From contig JAZNVP010000015.1 of NCBI GenBank assembly GCA_045592865.1, positions 1 through 56,048 of the forward strand: 56,048 bases of DNA. The letters run 5' to 3'. Of the stretch, positions 1 through 8,265 are shown piece by piece (position 1 is the stretch's first letter; every line of letters begins with the position of its first letter). The notes beneath the pieces were generated by a model. The model was not told where the DNA came from. It made no database searches and was given only the letters and a program-made list of their open reading frames with translations. This stretch comes from Oscillospiraceae bacterium. Lineage in GTDB: Bacteria; Bacillota; Clostridia; Oscillospirales; JAGBHD01. A program made the position numbers and the translations under genes.

Positions 1-872
1 TTCTCCTTAACGGAAAGCCCTATTTTTTCCACGGACTTTTGGATCAGGGTTTTTACAGCGACGGAATATATCTCCCCGCAACAAACGAAGGCTTTCTGTT
101 TGATATCACGGAAATGAAAAAACTCGGATTCAATATGCTCCGTAAGCACATTAAAATCGAGCCCGAGATATTCTATTACTACTGCGACAAGCTCGGAATG
201 GTAGTGTTCCAAGACCTTGTTAACAGCGGAAAATACAGTTTTCTTATAGATACCGCCCTGCCGACCGTTTTCCTTAAAAAAGGAGTTAGCCATAAAGCAT
301 CTAAAAAGCGCCGTTACTATTTTGAAAAGACCGCAAAAGAAACGATAGAGCTTCTTTATAATCACCCCTCGGTCTGCTACTACACCCTGTTTAACGAGGG
401 TTGGGGACAGTATGACGCAGCTCGTCTTTACCGCGAAATGAAAATGCTTGAACCCACAAGGGTCTGGGATGCAACTTCGGGTTGGTTCCAGACGGGAGAG
501 AGCGACGTTTTAAGTGAGCATATCTACTTTAAGCCCATCAAACTTAAAAACGACTCCCGCCCCCTTGTTCTTTCCGAGTTCGGCGGTTTCTCTTTAAAGA
601 TAGAAGATCATTCTTTTAATCTTCAGAACACATACGGCTATCGCTTCTTTACCGACACCGAAAAGTTCTCAGAAGCCCTCGAAAAGCTCTATACCGACGA
701 GGTTATTCCTCAGATAGAAAAAGAACATTTATGCGCCTTAGTTTTAACTCAAGTGAGCGACGTTGAGGACGAAACCAACGGACTTTTAACCTACGACCGC
801 AAGGTTTTAAAGGTGTCAAAAGAAATGATGCTTTCCATAAGTGATAAACTCAAAAAAGCATTCTATAAATAA
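1..872 (+). CDS. Glycoside hydrolase family 2-like enzyme, C-terminal part (5' end lies outside the window)
   Basis: Frame 3 is open from nt 3 (LLNGKPYFFHGLLDQGFY...), so the TTG at 39 is not the true start. The TIM-barrel-type segments GFNMLRKH and LFNEGWGQ resemble a GH2 catalytic domain. A terminator follows at 873-901. Confidence 0.6.
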   Translation, partial: LLNGKPYFFHGLLDQGFYSDGIYLPATNEGFLFDITEMKKLGFNMLRKHIKIEPEIFYYYCDKLGMVVFQDLVNSGKYSFLIDTALPTVFLKKGVSHKASKKRRYYFEKTAKETIELLYNHPSVCYYTLFNEGWGQYDAARLYREMKMLEPTRVWDATSGWFQTGESDVLSEHIYFKPIKLKNDSRPLVLSEFGGFSLKIEDHSFNLQNTYGYRFFTDTEKFSEALEKLYTDEVIPQIEKEHLCALVLTQVSDVEDETNGLLTYDRKVLKVSKEMMLSISDKLKKAFYK

Positions 873-901
873 AAAAAGCACCCTCTCGGGTGCTTTTTTT
901 A
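873..901. terminator. Bidirectional rho-independent terminator between the convergent GH2 gene and fucO
   Basis: Stem AGCACCC (877-883), loop TCTC, stem GGGTGCT (888-894). An A-run lies upstream and a T-run downstream. Confidence 0.8.
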
Positions 902-906
902 TTTAA

Positions 907-2055
907 TTACATAAGCGATTTATAAAGCTCGGTGATCTCTTCAACGCTTGTTTCTCTCGGGTTGCCGGGACGACAAGCATCATCGTAAGCCGACTGAGCA
1001 AGGAAAGGAATATCCTCAGTTTTAACGATCTCTTTAAGATCTGCAGGAATTCCAACGTCTGAAGAAAGCTTCTTAACTGCATCGATAGCAGCCTTTCTGT
1101 ATTCTTCGGTCGTCATATCCTCGGTTCCCTTAACGCCCATAGCTGCGGCAATATATTTATATTTATCACCTGTTGCGGGAGCGTTATATTCCATAACTGT
1201 GGGGAGAATTATAGCGTTTGCAACACCGTGAGGGGTATCGTAAAGAGCGCCGAGAGGATGAGCCATAGAGTGAACTATACCAAGTCCTACGTTAGAAAAG
1301 CCCATACCTGCAACATACTGACCGAGAGCCATTCCCTCTCTTCCCTCTGCCTCGCCGTTAACGGCTGCGCGGAGCGAACGGGCAATGATCTCAATTGCTT
1401 TTAGGTGGAACATATCACTCATTTCCCAAGCACCCTTGGTTATATAACCCTCGATAGCGTGGGTAAGCGCGTCCATACCGGTTGCAGCAGTTAAACCTTT
1501 AGGCATAGTTGACATCATATCGGGGTCAACAACTGCGCAAACAGGAATATCGTGAACGTCAACGCAAACCATCTTTCTGTTCTTCTCTACGTCGGTTATA
1601 ACGTAGTTAATGGTTACCTCTGCTGCGGTTCCTGCAGTTGTGGGAACTGCGATTATCGGAACGCAGGGGTTCTTTGTGGGAGCAACGCCCTCAAGACTTC
1701 TGACGTCAGAAAATTCGGGGTTGGTGATAATGATACCAACTGCTTTAGCGGTATCCATAGAAGAGCCGCCGCCTATTGCAACGATGCAATCTGCTTCACT
1801 TTTCTTAAAGCATTCAACACCTGCTTTTACGTTTTCAATGGTGGGATTGGGTTTTATTTCAGAAAACATTTCATAATCTACTCCTGCTTTATCTAAAACA
1901 GCAGCAACCTTGCCCGAAACGCCGAACTTTATAAGATCGGGGTCCGACATAACAAGAACCTTCTTAAAGCCTCTTGCCTTAATTTCATCGGGGATAACAT
2001 TAATTGCTCCTGCGCCGTGGTAGGAAGTTTCGTTAAGCACAAAACGGTTGCTCAT
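907..2055 (-). CDS. fucO: Lactaldehyde reductase / 1,2-propanediol oxidoreductase (iron-containing alcohol dehydrogenase)
   Basis: Near full-length resemblance to E. coli FucO (NETSYHGAGA, AIGGGSSMDTAKA, PTTAGTAAEVTINYVITD, GMDALTHAIEGYIT, TPHGVANAI). The ATG at 2055 is preceded by AAAGGAGA. The ORF-track start at 2091 is an in-frame upstream extension. Confidence 0.9.
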   Translation of the reverse strand: MSNRFVLNETSYHGAGAINVIPDEIKARGFKKVLVMSDPDLIKFGVSGKVAAVLDKAGVDYEMFSEIKPNPTIENVKAGVECFKKSEADCIVAIGGGSSMDTAKAVGIIITNPEFSDVRSLEGVAPTKNPCVPIIAVPTTAGTAAEVTINYVITDVEKNRKMVCVDVHDIPVCAVVDPDMMSTMPKGLTAATGMDALTHAIEGYITKGAWEMSDMFHLKAIEIIARSLRAAVNGEAEGREGMALGQYVAGMGFSNVGLGIVHSMAHPLGALYDTPHGVANAIILPTVMEYNAPATGDKYKYIAAAMGVKGTEDMTTEEYRKAAIDAVKKLSSDVGIPADLKEIVKTEDIPFLAQSAYDDACRPGNPRETSVEEITELYKSLM

Positions 2056-2133
2056 TTTAATTTCTCCTTTGATTAAAAAATTTTTCGGCAAACACCTGCC
2101 TTATTTTCAACATAACACAAGATTGTTAAAAAA

Positions 2134-3390
2134 TCAACAATTATTTTTTTGCATACCGAAAACCGTCCCCGGAAGTGTTCTAACATTATTTACGCTCATC
2201 GGCACCCCGATATCCCCCATAATCGAGGCGGCAAACACCGCTTTTCCCCCAAATCTGCGGCGAAGACCGTCCACCGCCGCCATTACCCTCTCGTTTGCTT
2301 CTATCTTTTTATAGCTAAAAAAAAGATCAGTCTGAAGAGGTCTGTTTCCATCCATTAAATTTATCGCGCGGACCGTTATAGCCCTCACAGGCAGAGGGAA
2401 ACTGAAGTTTTTTCTGAATATCTCCCCCGCCGCATCGGCGATAAGCTTTTCGGAATTGGTTGAAAACCCGATGGGGCTTTGAAACTCTCTTACTAAAAGG
2501 TCTTTTGTTTTAACCGCTATCTGCAAGGAAGAAGCCTTAAGCGAATGATCAATAAGCCGCTTCGATACGTCCTGCGAAAGATAAAGCATAACCTTATACA
2601 CCTCTTCCCAGTTATACAGGTCGCGGGTGCAGGTAATTCCGTGGCCGATAGATTTTATGGGCGGCAGATAATTTTCCTCGGTAACCGCCGAATTTTCAAG
2701 ACCGTTAGCAAACGCCCAGAGCGTTCGTCCGTTTTTCCCAAACTCACGCGCCATTATTTCAGGTGGAGTTTTCGCTAATTCCCCGATAGTCTTTATTCCC
2801 ATTTTCAAAAGTCTTCTTTCGGTTGCCCTGCCTATACCTAAAAGGTCTGATGCAGGTTTCGGCCACACCTTCGCTTTGAAATTTTCTTCCGATATCACCG
2901 TTACGGCATCCGGCTTTTTCATATCGGAACCGAGCTTTGCAAATATCTTGTTAAAGCTTACCCCCACCGAAACGGTGAGTCCGAGTTCTCTCTTCATCCT
3001 TTCCCTTATCTTTTCTGCTATCTCCTCGCCCGAACCGAAAAGAAGCCTGCTCCCCGTAACGTCGAGCCAACATTCGTCGAGCCCAAATGGCTCTATCCTG
3101 TCGGTATAATCAGAATAAATTCTTCGCGCCAGTTCGGAATAACGCGCATACCTCTCGTAATGCGGAGGAACGATTATCAGGTCTTTGCACTTCTGCTTTG
3201 CGAGATAGACCGTGTCGCCCGTTTTAATATCGAACCGCTTCGCCTCTTCCGATTTCGCAAGAACTATCCCGTGACGGTCCTCAGTTCTTCCGCATACCGC
3301 AACAGGCTTCCCCCGAAGAGACGGATCGTATATCGCCTCAACCGAAGCGAAACAGTTGTTCATATCGCAGTGCAAAATAACCCTTCCCAC
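2134..3390 (-). CDS. dinB: DNA polymerase IV (Y-family translesion polymerase)
   Basis: N-terminus RVILHCDMNNCFASVE, then DECWLDVTG, and little-finger-type C-terminal length. GTG start with AAAGGGG upstream. Confidence 0.9.
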   Translation of the reverse strand: MGRVILHCDMNNCFASVEAIYDPSLRGKPVAVCGRTEDRHGIVLAKSEEAKRFDIKTGDTVYLAKQKCKDLIIVPPHYERYARYSELARRIYSDYTDRIEPFGLDECWLDVTGSRLLFGSGEEIAEKIRERMKRELGLTVSVGVSFNKIFAKLGSDMKKPDAVTVISEENFKAKVWPKPASDLLGIGRATERRLLKMGIKTIGELAKTPPEIMAREFGKNGRTLWAFANGLENSAVTEENYLPPIKSIGHGITCTRDLYNWEEVYKVMLYLSQDVSKRLIDHSLKASSLQIAVKTKDLLVREFQSPIGFSTNSEKLIADAAGEIFRKNFSFPLPVRAITVRAINLMDGNRPLQTDLFFSYKKIEANERVMAAVDGLRRRFGGKAVFAASIMGDIGVPMSVNNVRTLPGTVFGMQKNNC

Positions 3391-3409
3391 TCCGCGATTC
3401 CCCTTTCTA

Positions 3410-3438
3410 TTGACATATCGGAATTTCCGTTATATAAT
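3410..3438 (+). promoter_or_regulatory. Consensus sigma-A promoter for xre-immA (TTGACA-17-TATAAT)
   Basis: TTGACA at 3410-3415, exactly 17 nt spacer, TATAAT at 3433-3438. Confidence 0.7.
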
Positions 3439-3463
3439 AAATGTGCAACTTACTTGCGCATTT
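3439..3463. promoter_or_regulatory. Dyad-symmetric operator candidate between the two -10 boxes
   Basis: AAATGtGCAAcTtAcTTGCgCATTT has 20 of 24 symmetric positions, centred on 3451. The half-site ACTTGCG recurs at 3478-3484 (AGTTGCG) and, inverted, at 3501-3507 (CGCAAGT). Confidence 0.55.
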
Positions 3464-3492
3464 ATTATAGGAAATTAAGTTGCGCTTGTCAA
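3464..3492 (-). promoter_or_regulatory. Consensus sigma-A promoter for dinB (TTGACA-17-TATAAT on the minus strand)
   Basis: The minus strand reads TTGACA (3492-3487), 17 nt spacer, TATAAT (3469-3464). It faces the xre promoter. Confidence 0.7.
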
Positions 3493-3526
3493 GAGTTTTA
3501 CGCAAGTTATTTTCGGAGGAAATTTT

Positions 3527-3928
3527 ATGAAATTTTGCGAAAAGGTTAAAATGCTCAGAGAAAAAGCAGGGCTCACTCAAAAACAGTTAGCCGAAGAGAT
3601 AGGTGTTTCTCTGCGAACCGTTACCAATTACGAGAACGGCTCAAGATATCCGAAGCAAAGAGGAATATACGGGCGCCTTTCTTCTCTTTTAGGGGTGGAG
3701 ATAAACTATCTTTTAACCGAGGACGAGGAGTTTCTCCTTTCTGTCAGCGAAAACTTCGGTGAGAAAAGTGCCGATAAGGCAAATAAGATACTTCTTGAAA
3801 CAAAGGCACTCTTTGCAGGGGGCGAACTTTCTGAAGAGGATGCGAGAGCATTTATCGATGAAATTCAGCGCTGCTATCTCGATTCAAAGGAGCGCGCCCG
3901 CAAATACTCTAATAAAAAAAGCAAATAA
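3527..3928 (+). CDS. XRE-family helix-turn-helix transcriptional repressor
   Basis: N-terminal Cro/C1-type HTH (LREKAGLTQKQLAEEIGVSLRTVTNYENG). RBS GGAGGA lies 7 nt upstream. The gene is paired with a downstream ImmA/IrrE protease gene. Confidence 0.85.
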   Translation: MKFCEKVKMLREKAGLTQKQLAEEIGVSLRTVTNYENGSRYPKQRGIYGRLSSLLGVEINYLLTEDEEFLLSVSENFGEKSADKANKILLETKALFAGGELSEEDARAFIDEIQRCYLDSKERARKYSNKKSK

Positions 3929-4017
3929 TGATTAAGGGAAGTTGAAACGCCTTAACGCGTTTCGACTAACAACAATCATTATAATAAAGGCATAAACAAA
4001 AAAGAGGTGTTTATTCG

Positions 4018-4536
4018 GTGTCGGCAAGATATATCTTTGATACCGCCTGTAAGGTCATAAAAAAATATAACACCCGCGATCCTTATGAACTTCTTGTTCG
4101 TATGGGCGCCGTGGTGAATGAATCTTCTTCCTTTGACAAACTCAAGGGGTGTTGTTTTTATGCCAATCGAACGAGTTACGTTATTTATAACGGAAAACTC
4201 GGCGAGTATGAAAAACGGGTAGTTCTTGCCCACGAAGCCGCCCACCTCATTCTTCACAAAGCATCTCTTAAAGCAAGTCCCATAAAGGAAATCTCACTCT
4301 ACGGCGCAGAAAATCTTCTGGAATACGAAGCCAATATGTTTGCCGCCGATTTTCTTATCCCCGATGAAGCGATAACAGAGATTTCTGACCGTTACGATAT
4401 TTTTGAAATGAGCCGAAAGCTTTATATTTCTCATGAACTTCTTCTCTTCAAACTCACGTCAATGAACAAGCGCGGTTACGGGTTTACCCTCTCGGACGAA
4501 ATAAACAGCAGTTTCTTAAAGAAAGGTGATATATAA
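4018..4536 (+). CDS. ImmA/IrrE-family (COG2856) zinc metalloprotease
   Basis: HEXXH motif (LAHEAAHLILH) followed by EYEANMFAADFLIP, the typical third-ligand/helix motif of this family. GTG start with AAGAGGTG upstream. Confidence 0.8.
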   Translation: MSARYIFDTACKVIKKYNTRDPYELLVRMGAVVNESSSFDKLKGCCFYANRTSYVIYNGKLGEYEKRVVLAHEAAHLILHKASLKASPIKEISLYGAENLLEYEANMFAADFLIPDEAITEISDRYDIFEMSRKLYISHELLLFKLTSMNKRGYGFTLSDEINSSFLKKGDI

Positions 4537-4548
4537 GGGGAATTTTAT

Positions 4549-5514
4549 ATGATAAAAAGTGAACTCATAAATAAACTTCGCAAAATCACCCCCGAAGAAA
4601 AATCAATTCTGGAGGGAAAAGGCATTGATAAAAGCATCTATATGAGCACCTCTTCTAAAGGCGCGATAGACGTTGTTGATTTTTCATACCTCACAGAAAA
4701 GGGTAAACTTATCGATATCCGTCCTCACACAAGGTTCGTCCATTTCCCGAAGCATAGGCATAATTTTGCTGAACTCGTTTATATGTGCGAGGGCAAGACC
4801 ACCCATATAATCGGAGATAAAAGGATAGAACTCTGCGAGGGTGAACTTTTATTCTTAAGCCAGAACTCCATTCAGGAAATTCTCCCCGCAGGTGAAAACG
4901 ATATCGCGGTCAACCTCATTATAAGACCGCAGTTTTTCGAAAAGGTTCTGAAGCTTTTGGGCAGCACGAATAACCTTATCAGCGAATTTCTGATAGGCTG
5001 TCTCGGCGGTAACACCTCTGCCGATTTTCTGCATTTTAAGGTCTCGGGCATTCTCCCCGTTCAGAACCTTATGGAAAATATGATCTGGTCGCTAACAAAC
5101 AACCAGCCCAATAAAAGAAGCATAAACGAAACCACCATGAGTCTTCTGTTTATGCAGCTTCTTAACCTCACCGATAAAATCGATATCGGCAAAGACTCTC
5201 CCGAAGAAAAGATTTTCATTAAGGTTCTCGACTACATAGAGAAAAACTACCGTGACGGGTCTCTCTCGGCTCTTTCGGAGGAACTTGGCATCGAAATATC
5301 GGCTCTTAGCCGTGTTATAAAGAAAATATCGGGGTTGACCTTCACCGAACTTATGAAGAAAAAACGTCTTAATCAAGCCTGTTGGCTTCTTAAGAATACT
5401 AAGTTCTCAATAGACGAGATCGCCTTAAACGTAGGATATGAAAACAAAAGTTATTTCTATCGGATTTTCGAAGAGATTTACGGTAAAACGCCCTCCGCTT
5501 ATAGAAAAGATTAA
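4549..5514 (+). CDS. AraC-family transcriptional regulator (cupin sensor plus HTH); probable rhamnose regulator
   Basis: N-terminal cupin-like segment (HRHNFAELVYMCEG) and C-terminal AraC HTH (VGYENKSYFYRIFEEIYGKTPSAYR). It lies immediately upstream of rhaBAD. Confidence 0.8.
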   Translation: MIKSELINKLRKITPEEKSILEGKGIDKSIYMSTSSKGAIDVVDFSYLTEKGKLIDIRPHTRFVHFPKHRHNFAELVYMCEGKTTHIIGDKRIELCEGELLFLSQNSIQEILPAGENDIAVNLIIRPQFFEKVLKLLGSTNNLISEFLIGCLGGNTSADFLHFKVSGILPVQNLMENMIWSLTNNQPNKRSINETTMSLLFMQLLNLTDKIDIGKDSPEEKIFIKVLDYIEKNYRDGSLSALSEELGIEISALSRVIKKISGLTFTELMKKKRLNQACWLLKNTKFSIDEIALNVGYENKSYFYRIFEEIYGKTPSAYRKD

Positions 5515-5528
5515 AATATTTTCGCAAG

Positions 5529-5569
5529 AAAGGACACTTTTTAAATCAAAAAGGGTCCTTTTATTTTTT
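5529..5569 (+). terminator. Rho-independent terminator after the AraC regulator
   Basis: Long hairpin AAAGGAC...CTTTTT / AAAAAG...GTCCTTT followed by TTATTTTTT. Confidence 0.65.
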
Positions 5570-5606
5570 ATTTGGATATTATATAATCGTTATGAGGTGA
5601 AAGATA

Positions 5607-7004
5607 ATGAAAAGATATTGGTTGGCAGTTGATATCGGCGCTTCAAGCGGACGCCATATCCTTTCTCATATTGAAAACGGAAAACTCGTTACCGAAGAGA
5701 TGCACCGTTTCACTAACGGTATTTCTAAAAATAACGGTCATTTCTATTGGAACACCGATTACCTTTTCTCAGAAATTCTTACAGGTATGAAAAAATGCAC
5801 CGATGCAGGAAAAATCCCCCTCAGCGTTGGTATTGATACCTGGGGAGTTGACTATCTTCTCCTTGACGAAAATGATAACAAGCTCGACGAAGCAGTCGCC
5901 TACCGCGATAGCAGAACCGAAACCATTCCCGAAAAGGTTTTCGAGATCATTCCCGAAAAAGAGCTTTACAATGAAACGGGAATTCAGAAACAAAACTTTA
6001 ACACCATATATCAGTTAATGGCAGATAAACTTTTCCGCCCCGAACTTTTAGAAAAGGCAAAAACAATGCTCTTTATGCCCGACTATCTCCATTTCAGGCT
6101 CTGTGGTGTTAAATGCGCGGAATACACTATTGCGAGCACCTCTCAGCTTTTAAAACCCGATAAGTTCGATTGGCATAAAGACTTAATTAAAAAACTCGGA
6201 CTACCCGAGGATATTTTCCCGCAAATTAAAACACCGGGAACCGTTCTCGGAAGTCTTCTCCCCGAAATAGAAAAAGAGGTCGGATTTAACTGCAAGGTTA
6301 TTATTCCTCCATCTCACGATACTGCCTCTGCCGTTTTGGGAACACCTTTTGCAGACGGGAATATCTATATAAGCTCGGGCACCTGGTCGCTTATGGGTAT
6401 AGAATCCCGAGACGCTATCTGCAGTGAGGAAAGCAGAAACTGCAATCTCACTAACGAGGGCGGATACGAGCACCGCTTCAGATACCTCAAAAACATAATG
6501 GGGCTTTGGATGATTCAGAACGTTAAGCGGGAGCTTTCAGACAAATATTCTTTCTCAGAACTTTGCGAAATGGCAGAAAAGGAAAGTATTTCCTCGGTTG
6601 TTGACTGCAACTCCAATAAATTCTTGGCCCCTGAAAGCATGATAAACGCCGTAAAAGATTTCTGCTTAGAAACAAAGCAAGAGGTTCCCGAAACTCCCGG
6701 CGAAATAGCAAGAGTAATCTATCGAAGCCTTGCTATTTGCTACAAAGACGCGGCTGAACAGATAGAGGAAATAACAGGCAAAACCTTCGGCGGTATAAAC
6801 ATCGTTGGCGGCGGTTCCAACGCCGATTACCTTAACCGCCTTACCGCTCTCTATACGGGTAAGACCGTTTACGCAGGTCCTTCCGAAGCCACCGCGATCG
6901 GCAACATTGCTTGTCAGATAATTGCATCGGGGGATAAAAAAGGCATTGAGGACGTTAGAAAACTTATTGCCGATTCGACTGATATAAAAATTTACAATCC
7001 ATAA
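5607..7004 (+). CDS. rhaB: Rhamnulokinase
   Basis: FGGY-kinase N-terminus (AVDIGASSGRHIL), WGVDY, and matching length. First gene of the rhaB-rhaA-rhaD order. RBS GAGGTGA. Confidence 0.9.
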   Translation: MKRYWLAVDIGASSGRHILSHIENGKLVTEEMHRFTNGISKNNGHFYWNTDYLFSEILTGMKKCTDAGKIPLSVGIDTWGVDYLLLDENDNKLDEAVAYRDSRTETIPEKVFEIIPEKELYNETGIQKQNFNTIYQLMADKLFRPELLEKAKTMLFMPDYLHFRLCGVKCAEYTIASTSQLLKPDKFDWHKDLIKKLGLPEDIFPQIKTPGTVLGSLLPEIEKEVGFNCKVIIPPSHDTASAVLGTPFADGNIYISSGTWSLMGIESRDAICSEESRNCNLTNEGGYEHRFRYLKNIMGLWMIQNVKRELSDKYSFSELCEMAEKESISSVVDCNSNKFLAPESMINAVKDFCLETKQEVPETPGEIARVIYRSLAICYKDAAEQIEEITGKTFGGINIVGGGSNADYLNRLTALYTGKTVYAGPSEATAIGNIACQIIASGDKKGIEDVRKLIADSTDIKIYNP

Positions 7005-7014
7005 AGGAGGCATT

Positions 7015-8265
7015 ATGAATACATATTATAACTACGCAAAAGAGTGTTACGCTAAGATCGGCGTCGATACCGATCTTGCCATCAAAAAGTTAGAAGGCCT
7101 TAAGATCGCCATCCACTGTTGGCAGGGCGACGACGTTACGGGCTTTGACCACGACGGTCCTTTAACCGGCGGAATTCAAACAACCGGTAACTATCCGGGC
7201 AAGGCTTCGACTCCCGAAGAGCTTATGGCGGATATCGACAAGGTTCTCTCCTTGGTTCCCGGTAAGCACAAGATAAATCTCCACGCTTCTTACGCAATCT
7301 TTGAAGAGGGCGAATACGTTGACAGAGACGCTATCGGCCCCCGCCACTTTGAAAGATGGGTTGCGTTTGCTAAAGAGCGCGGGCTCGGTCTTGACTTTAA
7401 CCCCACATTTTTCGCTCATCCCAAGGTTAAGGACGGGCTCACCCTTTCTTCACCCGACGATGAAACACGACGTTTCTGGATAGAACACGGAAAAAGATGC
7501 TTGGAGATTGCAGAGTATTTCGCAACCGAACTTTCTGAGCCCTGCGTTGTTAACTTCTGGATCCCCGACGGATATAAGGATATTCCCTCTGACCGTCTTG
7601 CACCCCGCCGCCGTTTTGCCGAGTCTCTTGACGAGATCTTATCGATAAACTATGACAAAGAAAAGGTTTACGTTGCGCTCGAGTCTAAGGTGTTCGGAAT
7701 CGGCCTTGAGTCGTATACCGTTGGTTCTAATGAGTTCTGCCTCAACTACGCAGCAACAAGAGGGGTTCTCTCCCTTATGGATAACGGCCACTACCATCCC
7801 ACCGAAGTGGTTTCGGATAAGATTCCCTCGCTTCTTCTCTTCAGCGACAAGATAGCGCTTCACATCACCCGTTCGGTCAGATGGGATAGCGACCACGTTG
7901 TTATCTTTGACGACGAAACGAAGGAGATCGCAAAAGAGATTGTCAGAAATGACGCGCTCGACAGAGTCTTTGTTGCGACCGACTATTTTGATGCAAGTAT
8001 TAACCGAATTGCCGCTTGGGTAATCGGACTCAGAAGCGTTCAGAAGGCATTTTTATATGCACTTCTCTGCCCCAATAAAAAACTCCAAGAGCTTCAGGAA
8101 AAAGGAAACTTCACCGAGCTTCTTATGATGCAGGAGGAACTCAAAACCTATCCCTTTGATGCAGTTTGGAAGATGTTCTGCGAAAAGAACGGTGTTGCAG
8201 GAGATGAATCCTGGTTTAAAGAGGTTGAAAAATACGAGAGAGAGGTATTAAGTAATCGTGAATAA
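7015..8265 (+). CDS. rhaA: L-rhamnose isomerase
   Basis: 416 aa with IHCWQGDDV and the HYHPTE metal-site region. RBS AAAGGAGG. Sits between rhaB and rhaD. Confidence 0.9.
   Translation: MNTYYNYAKECYAKIGVDTDLAIKKLEGLKIAIHCWQGDDVTGFDHDGPLTGGIQTTGNYPGKASTPEELMADIDKVLSLVPGKHKINLHASYAIFEEGEYVDRDAIGPRHFERWVAFAKERGLGLDFNPTFFAHPKVKDGLTLSSPDDETRRFWIEHGKRCLEIAEYFATELSEPCVVNFWIPDGYKDIPSDRLAPRRRFAESLDEILSINYDKEKVYVALESKVFGIGLESYTVGSNEFCLNYAATRGVLSLMDNGHYHPTEVVSDKIPSLLLFSDKIALHITRSVRWDSDHVVIFDDETKEIAKEIVRNDALDRVFVATDYFDASINRIAAWVIGLRSVQKAFLYALLCPNKKLQELQEKGNFTELLMMQEELKTYPFDAVWKMFCEKNGVAGDESWFKEVEKYEREVLSNRE

Noticed and set aside
2056-2091. Upstream in-frame extensions given by the ORF track. The extended starts are at 2091 (fucO), 14476 (RR), 16909 and 15622 (BNR genes), 39113 (dnaB), 39558 (rplI), 44502 (nifS), 46139 (mnmA), 48428 (ylxM), 56017 (clpP), 10970 (lipoprotein), 11696 (DUF4956) and 47231 (queT).
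   Set aside because: In each case a downstream ATG, GTG or TTG has a properly spaced AGGAGG-like SD and restores the canonical family N-terminus. The extended start lacks an SD or overlaps it.
3391-3526. A LexA (Cheo box, GAAC-N4-GTTC) operator upstream of dinB.
   Set aside because: I scanned both strands by eye and found no such motif. The only dyads present are the GCAA-N5-TTGC and ACTTGCG-type repeats reported as findings.
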